64,000 nucleotides of DNA from Candidatus Moraniibacteriota bacterium (GTDB lineage Bacteria > Patescibacteriota > Minisyncoccia > Moranbacterales > GCA-2747515), in assembly GCA_046116545.1 (NCBI GenBank), contig CP175956.1:1558-65557 (forward strand), written 5' to 3'. Positions 35,039 to 45,594 of the stretch are shown here, piece by piece. The notes under the pieces were generated by a model, which saw nothing but the letters and a program-made list of their open reading frames with translations, made no database searches and was not told the DNA's origin. A program made the translations under genes and the position numbers. Position 1 is the stretch's first letter. Every line of letters begins with the position of its first letter.

Positions 35039-38011
35039 TTACTGCCAAAACCCACTAGCATCAGAAGTAGCCGTATAAGTAACAGACCCTGTATAAACTC
35101 CTGAAGGTTGTGATGGTGATACATCAACTTTGTAACATACATCAGTTGTTGATGAAGTTGAATTATATGCTGTATGAGCTGCTACCACCTGAGCTGTTTG
35201 TGGTACACCTGCGTAATCAGCGTCATCGGATGTTATTCCTTCTTCGCAAAGGTTTCCTGAGGTTGTCCATATATTATTAAACGTATTATTTGTTGTATCT
35301 GCTTGTGGGAATTGTATTACACTGAATCCTAGACCTTTTGTTGTTGGAGCGTTCCAAGATTCTGTTACTTTTGTTGTTTGATCAAATTGTGTTAGGTCTG
35401 GTATTTCATCTGTATTATTTGAATGTACTAGAGTTGTATTTGAAGCTCCATTATCATTTATCATTGACAGGTAATAACCTTGGGTATCATTTGTTGTTAC
35501 TATACAAGTTGATTGTCCTACTGCGGGAGTTCCTGCTATTACTATTCCTGGATTTGCTATTGTTCCTAGTATTACATCATAATCTCCTGTTGATCCATCT
35601 TTATCGTAACAATCCATTGATAGAGTTGCATTTACTTCTACGTTTAGGTTTAGGTCATCTAATCCTGATATTGTTCCATCTCCGTTTACAATGTAAGTTG
35701 TTGCATGGTTTGTTGTGAATGTACATATTCCGTTTGTTACTGTACATGTTGTATGGGTATTCCATGTACTACTTCCTTCTAGTTGTGAAAGGACTTCTAG
35801 TTCCATATCATTGTAAGCTTCGCTTACAGTTATTTCCATTGTTATATCATTTGAGAAGGTTAGGTTTTCATTTGGTATACCTAATCTTACTGCTCCTACT
35901 GCATTTGGATGATCTCCTCTTTCTTCATTTAATGTATTTTGGGTTATGAAGTTTTCAAAGTTGAAGTTTCCATTTAATGCTTCTGTTATCACTGTATTAT
36001 TTGGGAATATTGCATTTGTTGTATTTGATTGGAAGGTTACTTGCACTTGGGTTGTTGTTTGGGTTGTGTTATCTATTTCCGTTGTCTACTGTTATGTAAC
36101 CATTATCCACTGATTGTTGCATTTCTGAATTGTTTGGGTCATTTATTTCTACTTCTGTTAATTCTTCATATTGTATTGATACATCATTTAATATTGGAGA
36201 ATTTAATCCATCTGTTGATGATAGAATTACTTTATATTGAAAGTATTGATCATTTACTCCATCTTTTTGTGTATCATCTATTGATTCTGTTCCTGTTGGA
36301 TCTGTGAAGTATGTTGTTCCACTACAATCTGTTCCACACCAATTTGTCCATGTGCTTCCGTCACTTGAAGTTCTTAATTGGAATTTAATATCTGTATTTT
36401 GGTTTAGTGTTTCACTCCATGAAATACTATTTATTTTATTTAATGAATCCTCTGAGTTATATATACTTGATATTAATTCTTCTTCTTGATTTAACGTGTA
36501 GTTTATTTCTATATTATCTAATTCTGGAGTTACTGTATTGTCTGTTGTTGATAGGCTTGATGCAAAGTCTATTGTTCCTTGAGTGAAAACTTGAGACCAT
36601 TCACTATTTGTTAATGCTTCTATAGAAGTTTTATCCATTCCGTTTGTTTCTATATCTCCTATATTAGAAGTTATCCATGCACTACCATTCCAGTATTTCC
36701 ATGTTGTTTTATTATCAAAAGAAACTAATTGTTTTATATTTGTATTTACTGGAGTTGTTTGAGTTATTGTTACTCCTTGCATACTTTGCCACGCTGTTGT
36801 GTTTGTTTGTGAGTTTGTATCTGTTGTTACGTAGTATGGGGTTGTTGGGTATGTTGGGTTTGATGAGTATCTTACTATTACTACTCCTGAGCCTCCTGCA
36901 CCACCAACTTTTACAGCTCCTGAAGCACCGCTTCCACCACCGCCACCACCGCCAGTATTTGCCATTCCTGCTACACCTATATAAGATCCTCATCACCACC
37001 TCCACCAATTGGTGCTATACCAGGTCTAACACCATGTCCACCACCTCCACCACCACTAGCAAACCAACCATTTTCACCCACATCAATACCAAAAACACTA
37101 CTATAATCAACTCCTGTACCACCAGGCCCTCCCCAATAAGTTGAGTATGCCGCTCCACCAACACCACCCGCTCCACCACCTCCACCTGCACCAACTTCAC
37201 GAGTTCCATTATTGTACGCTCTCCCACCGTTGCTTCCAAAACCACCACTTACACTACTTGGCTGTTCGCCTACACCACCGATATTTCCATATCTAGATCC
37301 ACCTCCGCCTGATCCTCCAGCACCTCCAGCTGCTCCAAATACCGCTCTCCCGCCGCCAAGAGCAGTGCTGCCATAAAAAACACTATCAACTCCATTTACA
37401 CCATTCCAACCACCATTACCTCCATTTCCAACTGACACAAGGTGCGAGCCATTTAAAATATTTTGATTTTGTTCGTAAACTACCCCACCTGCTCCTCCAC
37501 CACCACTACCTCCACGACTATCATCTCCTGCAGCACCTCCACCACCTCCAGCAACAACTAAAAAATCGACATCACCTGGAGCTGTAACCTCAAATGTCCC
37601 AGCTGAAGAAAATTCATGAACTTTATAATCTCCTACTGTAGTTATTGTTCCACCTGTTGCAACTAATGAACTTCCATGCAATTCCACCATTCCACCATCA
37701 AAATCAGTACCATCAGTTGCATTTTCCTGAATGTAATCAGCTTCCGTATTAAAATCTATATTTGCGCTATATACATTATTCAATTGAATATCTGTTGTAT
37801 TTAATATTTTTGCATCAGAACTACTAAATTCACTCCAACCTGTTTGATTTGAAGTATTATTTGCAGTATTAACTGATTGTCCTGTTGTCCAATCTGTTTG
37901 ATTAAAAGTTGATGGAGCTGCTTGTACTATTTGAGCATTGCCAACCATACTTAGTACAAGTGTACAAACAGTCAAAAAAGACAGCATCTTTTTAAATATA
38001 TTATTTTTCAT
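35039..38011 (-). pseudogene. ~990 aa surface protein (signal peptide, glycine-rich domain, conserved C-terminal module) split by two frameshifts into ORFs 36977-38011, 36069-36965 and 35039-36046
   Basis: Adding 1 nt at ~36991 restores GDGGSYIGVAGMANTGG; 2 nt missing at ~36077 relative to the paralog at 831-845. May be sequencing error. Confidence 0.75.
35246..36140. repeat. Paralogous block copy 2 (copy 1 at 1-903)
   Basis: Near-identical DNA and protein from DPNNSEMQQSVDNGY onward. Confidence 0.9.
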
Positions 38012-38154
38012 TTTTTTGTTTTAATTTTTCATTTTACAATTTTCATTGTATCATACATGATTATATTTGCAAAAAATGCTTTGGCTTTTTTGCCAAATAT
38101 TGTTATTTTAAAATAATACACTTAGTTACAACATCTACATATCTAAAATATACA

Positions 38155-39141
38155 TTATTTACTTTTTTTCAAATAATATATTTTTGGCTCTTTATCCATA
38201 TTTACAGTACTGCCCCACTCTCTATTAATTTCTGATATTCTTTTGATAATATCACCGTCAAGGAATGAAGGGTCTACAATTCTAGACTTAACAATGATTT
38301 GTTCACAATTGCTTTCACCTTTTTTGCAAATATTAATCTCTGAATTATTCATATACTCCCATAATTCTGCTAATTTTTTGTCATTTGCTAAGTGTTTGTT
38401 TATTTGATTAATCACTTCTTTATCTGTAACAAATAAGTCCGTGTGTGTTATATAATTCCTCTTTGCTGCATATTTAATCCAATCACTAGTTCGTTTAAAC
38501 ATTGCCGCTGTTTCTTTATTTGAGTAATATATATCATTTAATTTTTTAAAAAGTTTTGCATATTTAAATGCTGCTTCATAACTATTAAATACCCATTCAT
38601 TATTATTAACTTTTAAATTATCCAAAAAGTAATCTATTTTATCTGTATTCATTTTGATATAATGAAAAGCGCCTCTCAAAGAATAATCAATCCTATCAGC
38701 ACATAAATCAGGTAATTCATTTTCTTGTAGTGGAAAGTTATTTTCATTTAAAATATAATCAACATCATAATTATATTTTTTTAAAATCTCTGGAATTTTT
38801 GTTTGTCTTACAAAATCTTCAAATATATCATCTTGATAATTATGATCAGCTCCTCTACCAGAATCAAAAACATAATCAGCTGTATGTGAAAAAGCACTGT
38901 GAGATATATCATGTATCAATCCAGCAATTTGCTCTTCTATTGATGCTCCAAATTTTTTAAGCAAAATATAGCAACCTACAGAGTGTTCAAATCTCGAATG
39001 TTTTGTGCCTGGGAAATACACATCAAAATAACCTGCCTGATCAATGCCTATCAACCTTTGAAAATCAGAAGATTCTATAATTTCAATAATAACTTTTTCA
39101 GTTATATTAATCTTTCCGTAAATTTTATCTGTATATTTCAT
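38155..39141 (-). CDS. HD-domain phosphohydrolase (dNTPase-like)
   Basis: SRFEHSVG, LIHDISHSAFSH, ADRIDY. Confidence 0.9.
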   Translation of the reverse strand: MKYTDKIYGKINITEKVIIEIIESSDFQRLIGIDQAGYFDVYFPGTKHSRFEHSVGCYILLKKFGASIEEQIAGLIHDISHSAFSHTADYVFDSGRGADHNYQDDIFEDFVRQTKIPEILKKYNYDVDYILNENNFPLQENELPDLCADRIDYSLRGAFHYIKMNTDKIDYFLDNLKVNNNEWVFNSYEAAFKYAKLFKKLNDIYYSNKETAAMFKRTSDWIKYAAKRNYITHTDLFVTDKEVINQINKHLANDKKLAELWEYMNNSEINICKKGESNCEQIIVKSRIVDPSFLDGDIIKRISEINREWGSTVNMDKEPKIYYLKKSK

Positions 39142-39186
39142 AAAAAATAAATCCGAGCTTTCACTCGGATTTTATAAATACTCCAA

Positions 39187-39459
39187 TTATTCTACAACAG
39201 CTATTAAATCTTCATTTTTAACCATAACGTATTCTTCATTGTCAATTTTAATTTCTTCACCACCATATTTTTTAAACATCACAACCTGTCCTTTTGTTAC
39301 AGATATTTTTTCATCATTTCCAATCTCCATAACTTTGCCCTGTTGTGATTTTTCTTCTGTTACTGTGTCAGGAATATAAAGACCTGAGGCAGTTTTTGTT
39401 TCTGGAGTAACTGGTTTAACTAATACATTGTCTCCTAATGGTGTAACTTTTGTACTCAT
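39187..39459 (-). CDS. groES: Co-chaperonin GroES
   Basis: PLGDNVLV, KTASGLYIPD, KYGGEEIK. Confidence 0.96.
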   Translation of the reverse strand: MSTKVTPLGDNVLVKPVTPETKTASGLYIPDTVTEEKSQQGKVMEIGNDEKISVTKGQVVMFKKYGGEEIKIDNEEYVMVKNEDLIAVVE

Positions 39460-39575
39460 AAATATATTAAATAATACTTAATTAACTTAAATTATTATAG
39501 CAAACATCAACACTCGGTCAAGTTATATGAAAAGGTTCACATACACACTGTGTAGATGAACCTTACTTTTTGACA

Positions 39576-39782
39576 CTAAAAACATGACCCTAAAATCCGC
39601 CTATTACAAGAACAATTATCATTTGAACATCCAAAACATGCCCACACATCTTCAGTAGTCGCATTATCTATACATTTTTTAGATATATCCATGCAACTCA
39701 GTGGTACAAAAACATCACTATGTATCGGTTGTACAAATGATTCAAGTTCCTTTTCATTGATTACTGCAAATGCATCATTCAT
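39576..39782 (-). CDS. Small Cys-rich hypothetical protein
   Basis: GAGGAG SD before MNDAF; six to seven Cys. Confidence 0.45.
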   Translation of the reverse strand: MNDAFAVINEKELESFVQPIHSDVFVPLSCMDISKKCIDNATTEDVWACFGCSNDNCSCNRRILGSCF

Positions 39783-39826
39783 TGCAATTCTCCTCAAAAG
39801 CTTTTGGAATTTTGATATCAAATTTT

Positions 39827-41092
39827 TTACTGCCCTATCTTTTCTAACATTATTTCAATAGCCTTGTCAAGTTGTGGATCTGTTTCATTCTTATAATCCT
39901 CACTTGTATATTCAATTTCTACATCTGGCTTAATCCCAATTTCATTTATCTGCTCTCCACTTGGAGTTAACCATTTAGCAACTGTTATTTTTGCTGCAGT
40001 TGATGAACTAGTTGGCACTAATTCTTGAACCGAACCTTTTCCAAATGATTGCTTGCCCACTATTGTCACATCATCACGATTATCTCTGAGTGCTCCAGCA
40101 AGAATCTCTGACGCACTAGCACTTCCTTCATTTATGAGTATCACTACAGGTGTTTTTTCAAATGGGTGTGCACCTGTTGTATATAAATTAGTTCTATTAT
40201 CTTGTGCATCTTCTTCCATTACCACAACAGCATTACTTGGTAAAAATTTACTTGCTACAACTACTGCCGTATGCAATATCCCGCCTGGATCATTTCTTAC
40301 ATCAAGTATAATTCCTTTTGATTCTTTCTGTCTTATTTGTGCAATTATCTTATTAAATTCTTTTATAGTATCTTCACCAAACTGCATCAACTTAACATGA
40401 GCTATATCATTATCTAAAAATTCAACACGTATACTATCAATATGAATAGTATCCCTTATAACAGTTATGTCTTTTGTCTCAGTATTTTCACCTTCCAATC
40501 TAAAAATCTTTAAATGCAATTCAGTTCCTTTTTCCCCTCGCATTTTCTTAACAGCCTCATCTATAGTTAGATCAGCAGTAGTTTCACCTTCAATTTCAAT
40601 AACCTTATCGCCAGCTCGTAAGCCCGCAATTTGAGCTGGTGATTCTTCTAGTGGCGTAATTATAGTTAATATATTATCCTTAATACCAACTTCAGCTCCT
40701 ATACCTTCAAAACTTCCATTCAATTCTTCATTCAATGCTGCGAATTGTTCTTCATCTAAAAAAGTGGTATATGGATCACCTGTTGCACTAAGCATTCCAT
40801 CAATTGCTCCATTTATCATGTCTTGTGCTTCCAAGGTATCATGATCAACATATTTTTCCTTCACTAAATCCCACACATCCCAAAACAATGTGAAATCGAC
40901 TTCTTCATTTCCAGCCTTATTTTCAATAACCGCCAAGTCAAAAGGCACTGGAGCTGCTTGCTGCTTTTTGCCAATGCTAAACCCTACTATAAAAAATATA
41001 GCTGAGAAAAAAATGGCTGAGAAAACTATCAGAATACGTGATGAACCTTTTTTTGTATTTTGTATATTAAAATCTTGCTCAAATTGTTTCAT
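39827..41092 (-). CDS. ctpA: C-terminal processing protease, S41A family
   Basis: DPYT, PDZ GIGAE, DVRNDPGG, SASASEI, GKGSVQ. Confidence 0.95.
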   Translation of the reverse strand: MKQFEQDFNIQNTKKGSSRILIVFSAIFFSAIFFIVGFSIGKKQQAAPVPFDLAVIENKAGNEEVDFTLFWDVWDLVKEKYVDHDTLEAQDMINGAIDGMLSATGDPYTTFLDEEQFAALNEELNGSFEGIGAEVGIKDNILTIITPLEESPAQIAGLRAGDKVIEIEGETTADLTIDEAVKKMRGEKGTELHLKIFRLEGENTETKDITVIRDTIHIDSIRVEFLDNDIAHVKLMQFGEDTIKEFNKIIAQIRQKESKGIILDVRNDPGGILHTAVVVASKFLPSNAVVVMEEDAQDNRTNLYTTGAHPFEKTPVVILINEGSASASEILAGALRDNRDDVTIVGKQSFGKGSVQELVPTSSSTAAKITVAKWLTPSGEQINEIGIKPDVEIEYTSEDYKNETDPQLDKAIEIMLEKIGQ

Positions 41093-41101
41093 AAAAATAT
41101 A

Positions 41102-41923
41102 TTAATATAATGTTTTAGTAGTTTTTGGTGCAGGCCGGTTTTTGTATTTCTTGAAATATTTTATTCCACTTGAAATATGTACCCACGTTAATTTATTGAA
41201 TAATAATCCTTTAAGTCCACCTTTAGCACTTCCTTTTCCATAAAAATGGAACATGGTTATTTGTGGATTATAACACACGATAAATCCCTTTTCCCAAAAT
41301 CTCCTACACCAGTCCACATCTTCCATGTACATGAAAAAGATATTATCCATTTTCCCAACTTTTTCCATGGCACTTTTCCGCACAAACATCGCACTCCCAA
41401 TCACCCAATCAACTGGATATGGTTCATCTTTTCTGATATCTTCCATTTCAAAATTGGCTAAATGTTTTTTTGCAAATTCAAAATTCTTGAGAAATGTCCT
41501 GCGATACAAAATGGTTTGTGGCTCATAAAACCTAAATCTAGTATTCTCATATTTACCATTAAAGTTTTTTTGCTTCGGACCAGCAAGACCTACTTTTGGA
41601 TGAGCATCCATAAATTTTATAAAATCTCCAACTGTATCTTTTTCCAAAACTGTATCAAAGTTTATAAAAAATATATATTCACCAGTAGCTTTTTCAATAC
41701 ATGCATTAACCATTTTTCCAAAACCCACATTTTCTTCATGTGGTATAAAAATAACATCTGGAAAATCCTCTTTCATCATCATTTTTGTATCCTCACCAGT
41801 CTCTCCATCCGCAACTATTGCCTCATAGTCAAAATCAGCACAATATTTTTGCACTGATTTGAGACAAAGTGATAACATCTCAGGATTTTTATAGCTTTGT
41901 ACTGCAATAGAAACTTTTGGCAT
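41102..41923 (-). CDS. Glycosyltransferase family 2 (WbbL-like)
   Basis: NVGFG, INFD, FFMYMEDVDWCRR. Confidence 0.9.
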   Translation of the reverse strand: MPKVSIAVQSYKNPEMLSLCLKSVQKYCADFDYEAIVADGETGEDTKMMMKEDFPDVIFIPHEENVGFGKMVNACIEKATGEYIFFINFDTVLEKDTVGDFIKFMDAHPKVGLAGPKQKNFNGKYENTRFRFYEPQTILYRRTFLKNFEFAKKHLANFEMEDIRKDEPYPVDWVIGSAMFVRKSAMEKVGKMDNIFFMYMEDVDWCRRFWEKGFIVCYNPQITMFHFYGKGSAKGGLKGLLFNKLTWVHISSGIKYFKKYKNRPAPKTTKTLY

Positions 41924-41934
41924 TGTAATGCTAA

Positions 41935-43113
41935 CTAAATTATACTTGCAAACATTTCACGAATCTTATCATAGGTATCTCCTCTTGGCATAAGTATATA
42001 CCCTCTTTCATCTCCTTCATGAGAATAAAGAAGTCCTTCTTCTGAATTTTCAAGCACCTTATGCTCTACCTGCATATTAGTATCCATTTTTTGATACAAA
42101 TCAAAGAATCTTTGCATTTCCCACAATTCCATATCTGTATTCATATTCCCACTAACTGCTCCAAACAACTCTTGCACTTTCCCAAAATCAGTTAAGACAC
42201 CCATTGAAAGAGCTTTCTTTTTTATTTGACCTATAACATCCTGTTGTCTACGTGCTCTATCAAAATCACTTGATGTAGTTCTAGCTCGTACATAGCAAAG
42301 CGCTTTTTCTCCATCCAAAATTGAAATACCTGCTGGCACAGTAAATACTCCACCACACTCTTCTGTTTCATTATAACAAAGCGGATATTGAGCAACTACT
42401 TTCCCTCTATGATCTATCTTTGATTCAAAATTTCCACTCTTTACAGTAAATACTCCACCATTGGCACCATCACAAACTTTTTCTTCATGAAATTGTATTG
42501 GTTCAATAAATTGCTCTGCTAAATCAACCTCAACTCCACCTAGAGTATCCACAACCTCTTTGAATCCTGCAAAATTAACTTCTGCTCCATAATGAATTCT
42601 CTGACCAGTTATGTCTTCAAGGACTTGTTTCATTGCCTCAATTCCTTGTCCATCGCCTTTTTCTTCTCCATAGTGATATACACTATTGATTTTCATATTT
42701 GATGTTGTTCCTGGCATCGTCACATACAAGTCACGAGGCACTGAAACCATCGATGCCTTATAAGTATCATCACCTTCTGGATTTTCTTGTTTTTTGATAC
42801 TCACTACCATTATAGTATCCGCAAGAGTTCCTCCACCAGCAACGCCCTTACCACGCATTCCTAGAAACATTATATTGATACGTCCTTCTTCCTCACCATC
42901 AAGTTTATTTTCAACCATCGGCAAACTTTTTGCAATAGAACCTAATATATTACTATTTGGAGCTACTTTATCAATAACTTTCACAGCAGCAAATGCACAA
43001 CCTCCCAACAAAAAAACAACTATCACTGAGATAATAATCCATTTCTTTTTATTTCCACCATCTTTATATTTGGAACTATAATTCGTTGATGTTCCTGCCC
43101 TTTTTCTCATCAT
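41935..43113 (-). CDS. LCP (LytR-CpsA-Psr) family glycopolymer transferase
   Basis: ADTIMV, SVPRDLYV, KINS, SDFDRARRQQ. Confidence 0.93.
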   Translation of the reverse strand: MMRKRAGTSTNYSSKYKDGGNKKKWIIISVIVVFLLGGCAFAAVKVIDKVAPNSNILGSIAKSLPMVENKLDGEEEGRINIMFLGMRGKGVAGGGTLADTIMVVSIKKQENPEGDDTYKASMVSVPRDLYVTMPGTTSNMKINSVYHYGEEKGDGQGIEAMKQVLEDITGQRIHYGAEVNFAGFKEVVDTLGGVEVDLAEQFIEPIQFHEEKVCDGANGGVFTVKSGNFESKIDHRGKVVAQYPLCYNETEECGGVFTVPAGISILDGEKALCYVRARTTSSDFDRARRQQDVIGQIKKKALSMGVLTDFGKVQELFGAVSGNMNTDMELWEMQRFFDLYQKMDTNMQVEHKVLENSEEGLLYSHEGDERGYILMPRGDTYDKIREMFASII

Positions 43114-43132
43114 ATTAATATATTACTAAAAA

Positions 43133-44260
43133 CTAAATTGATAAATAAATTTCCTTCATTTTTTCAGCTGACTTTTTCCATGAAAATTTATTTTGTTGCT
43201 CTGCCGAAGCACTTAAAGTCACTTCTCTTATATTATCATTAACCAAAGCATCATACAATGTTTTCATGCATTGGTCAATGTCACACGGATCAAAATATAA
43301 AACCCCTGCACCACCAACTTCTCTATGTGGAGCAATGTCACTTGCCACAACAAGTGTATCTGCCTTAAATGCTTCTAATATTGGCACACCAAATCCCTCG
43401 TATAATGATGGAAATGCAAATACTTGTGCATTTTCAAATATGCTGAATTTATCTATTTCGTCCACGTAACCAGTAAAAATAACCTTTTCTTTTATTTCTG
43501 GGTATTTATCAATTGACTGTTGAATCTCATTATCAAAATTATGTGATTTTTTACCGACAAGTACAAGATTTATATCTTCAATTTCTTTATCTACTAATTG
43601 TGCAAAAGCATCTACAAGAAATGGGATGTTTTTACGTGGTTGCATTGTCCCAAGTGCTAAAATATATTTTTTTGGTAAATTATACTTTTTTTGTATGATG
43701 CTATAGTCCTGTCCTGTTCTCTCAATACTAACTGCATTATGTACTACAGCAATCTTTTCTGCTGGTATTTTATAGTATTTTATAATTTCATCCTTTGTGA
43801 ATTGTGATACTGCAATAATTTTATCAGATTTATTTAGAGCTCGTGGTATAAGGTGATTAAGAAAAAAAGCATCTTTTTTTGAAATTAATTCTTTATGCAC
43901 TTTAAAAGAAATATCATGAATGTGCGTAACAATTTTTGTATCAACTGGAACAAAAAATGGAATTATATATTGTGTATGATAAATGTCTATACATTCTTGT
44001 ATACAATACCTAGACACCTTATATCCATTCCACAAAAACTTATTTCCACTACCTAGCTGAACAATCGTGAAGTTTTTCTTATTTTCTATACCAAACTTCT
44101 TTACAATTTCGGTAATTTCATCATGACTTCTATTGTCTATAAGTAATCTATAATCATTTTCATCATCGATAAGTGCAAGGCTCCGAACCAACTCAAAAAA
44201 CACTACCTCATCACCGGTGCGCCCCTTACCAATATTTCGTATATCTATTGCTATTTTCAT
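43133..44260 (-). CDS. Glycosyltransferase family 4
   Basis: PRKN, PSLYEGFGVPILEA. Confidence 0.93.
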   Translation of the reverse strand: MKIAIDIRNIGKGRTGDEVVFFELVRSLALIDDENDYRLLIDNRSHDEITEIVKKFGIENKKNFTIVQLGSGNKFLWNGYKVSRYCIQECIDIYHTQYIIPFFVPVDTKIVTHIHDISFKVHKELISKKDAFFLNHLIPRALNKSDKIIAVSQFTKDEIIKYYKIPAEKIAVVHNAVSIERTGQDYSIIQKKYNLPKKYILALGTMQPRKNIPFLVDAFAQLVDKEIEDINLVLVGKKSHNFDNEIQQSIDKYPEIKEKVIFTGYVDEIDKFSIFENAQVFAFPSLYEGFGVPILEAFKADTLVVASDIAPHREVGGAGVLYFDPCDIDQCMKTLYDALVNDNIREVTLSASAEQQNKFSWKKSAEKMKEIYLSI

Positions 44261-44268
44261 AAACTTTT

Positions 44269-44829
44269 TTATTTCAAAAATTCACTAATTTTTTGATTTA
44301 ACTGTTTATAGTCTACATTATCAAAATTTGTTGTATCTACCTCAATTAATTCTCCTGGGATATCTAATGCCTTATTTTTACCTCCAGTATTTTCTACAAT
44401 TTCTAAATTTTCATTATCCATATGTCCCTTATGACGACTATTTTTTACATTTCTATTGTCCCATCTTTTTTCAAATCTCTCACGTATTATGTTTTTTTGT
44501 GCATAAAAATTAAATTGTAAAAACTCACAGTCATATTTTTCCATTTTTTTATTCAAAACATTGCTAGCAAATTCTCTATCAAAATTACCTTCAATAACAT
44601 GTGCAACATCTGTACGCATCAATTGCTCTGTGATTTCATATAATAATTCAAAACTAGCCATACCAAATTTACGACTAAGATCTCTATTTTCTACACCAAC
44701 ATAATCAAATAAAAGCTCTTTGAGTGAATCTTTTGAAAATAAAGGTAAATTGAACTTGTTCCCAACTTTTTGAGCAAATACTGTTTTACCTGAAGCTGGT
44801 ACACCTGTAACAACAATAATCTTTGACAT
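44269..44829 (-). CDS. P-loop kinase (AAA_33-like)
   Basis: GVPASGKT, SKDSLKE. Confidence 0.85.
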   Translation of the reverse strand: MSKIIVVTGVPASGKTVFAQKVGNKFNLPLFSKDSLKELLFDYVGVENRDLSRKFGMASFELLYEITEQLMRTDVAHVIEGNFDREFASNVLNKKMEKYDCEFLQFNFYAQKNIIRERFEKRWDNRNVKNSRHKGHMDNENLEIVENTGGKNKALDIPGELIEVDTTNFDNVDYKQLNQKISEFLK

Positions 44830-44927
44830 TCTTTTATAATTAAATATCTATTATTCACTATACCAAATTTTTTACAAAAAAGAAAAACAGGATTGCATGT
44901 TATACAATCCCGTTTATTTAAAAAGTT

Positions 44928-45230
44928 CTACCACACTCTAATCATATTAGGAACTGACCCTTTTAATCGCAACTCTTTTGCTGTTTCTGCTGTAAACTGT
45001 TGCCGTATGATTCCCGACTGTACACTACGTGCACAAAATGGACGTGAACCGCCAATGCCCGATTCGATGATGCATTGATGAATTGAGCCTCCAATAAATA
45101 CATCAACTTCCGCACCATGCAATAAACTATCTTTTGGCGTTGCTTTATCAATGCCAGATCCAACTATGCTTTGATGCACACTATTCCTGTGAAAAATAGA
45201 TTCTTGATTACATGATAATCTTCCTGACAT
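44928..45230 (-). CDS. Hypothetical protein
   Basis: AAGGAGG SD; similar to 45280-45552. Confidence 0.6.
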   Translation of the reverse strand: MSGRLSCNQESIFHRNSVHQSIVGSGIDKATPKDSLLHGAEVDVFIGGSIHQCIIESGIGGSRPFCARSVQSGIIRQQFTAETAKELRLKGSVPNMIRVW

Positions 45231-45279
45231 TATAACTACCTCCTTTTGTAGAGTTATATATCATTTTTTAGAATTGATA

Positions 45280-45552
45280 CTACCTAGATAACTTCATACT
45301 CAAAGCCTCACCTCCACTAAGCATTCTTGCAACTTCTTCACTAAAAAGCACAATTACTTCTCCACTCTCCAAAGATCTAACTTGAAATGCTGGTGGGTGA
45401 GTGCATTTTTTATGTTTTTGAACTCTCTCTGAGCTATTAATACCTAGCTCAATTACACATTGTTGTGAAACATTACCATTTGAAACAATAACTTCTTTAC
45501 CTACTAAATTTACACATGCAAAATCTATCATTATGACAAATCTCCTGTACAA
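45280..45552 (-). CDS. Hypothetical protein
   Basis: Similar to neighbour (QCVIELGI vs QCIIESGI); start uncertain. Confidence 0.55.
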   Translation of the reverse strand: MYRRFVIMIDFACVNLVGKEVIVSNGNVSQQCVIELGINSSERVQKHKKCTHPPAFQVRSLESGEVIVLFSEEVARMLSGGEALSMKLSR

Positions 45553-45594
45553 CCTTTTTTAATAAGAACTACGTTTTTAATGTAATTAATTATG

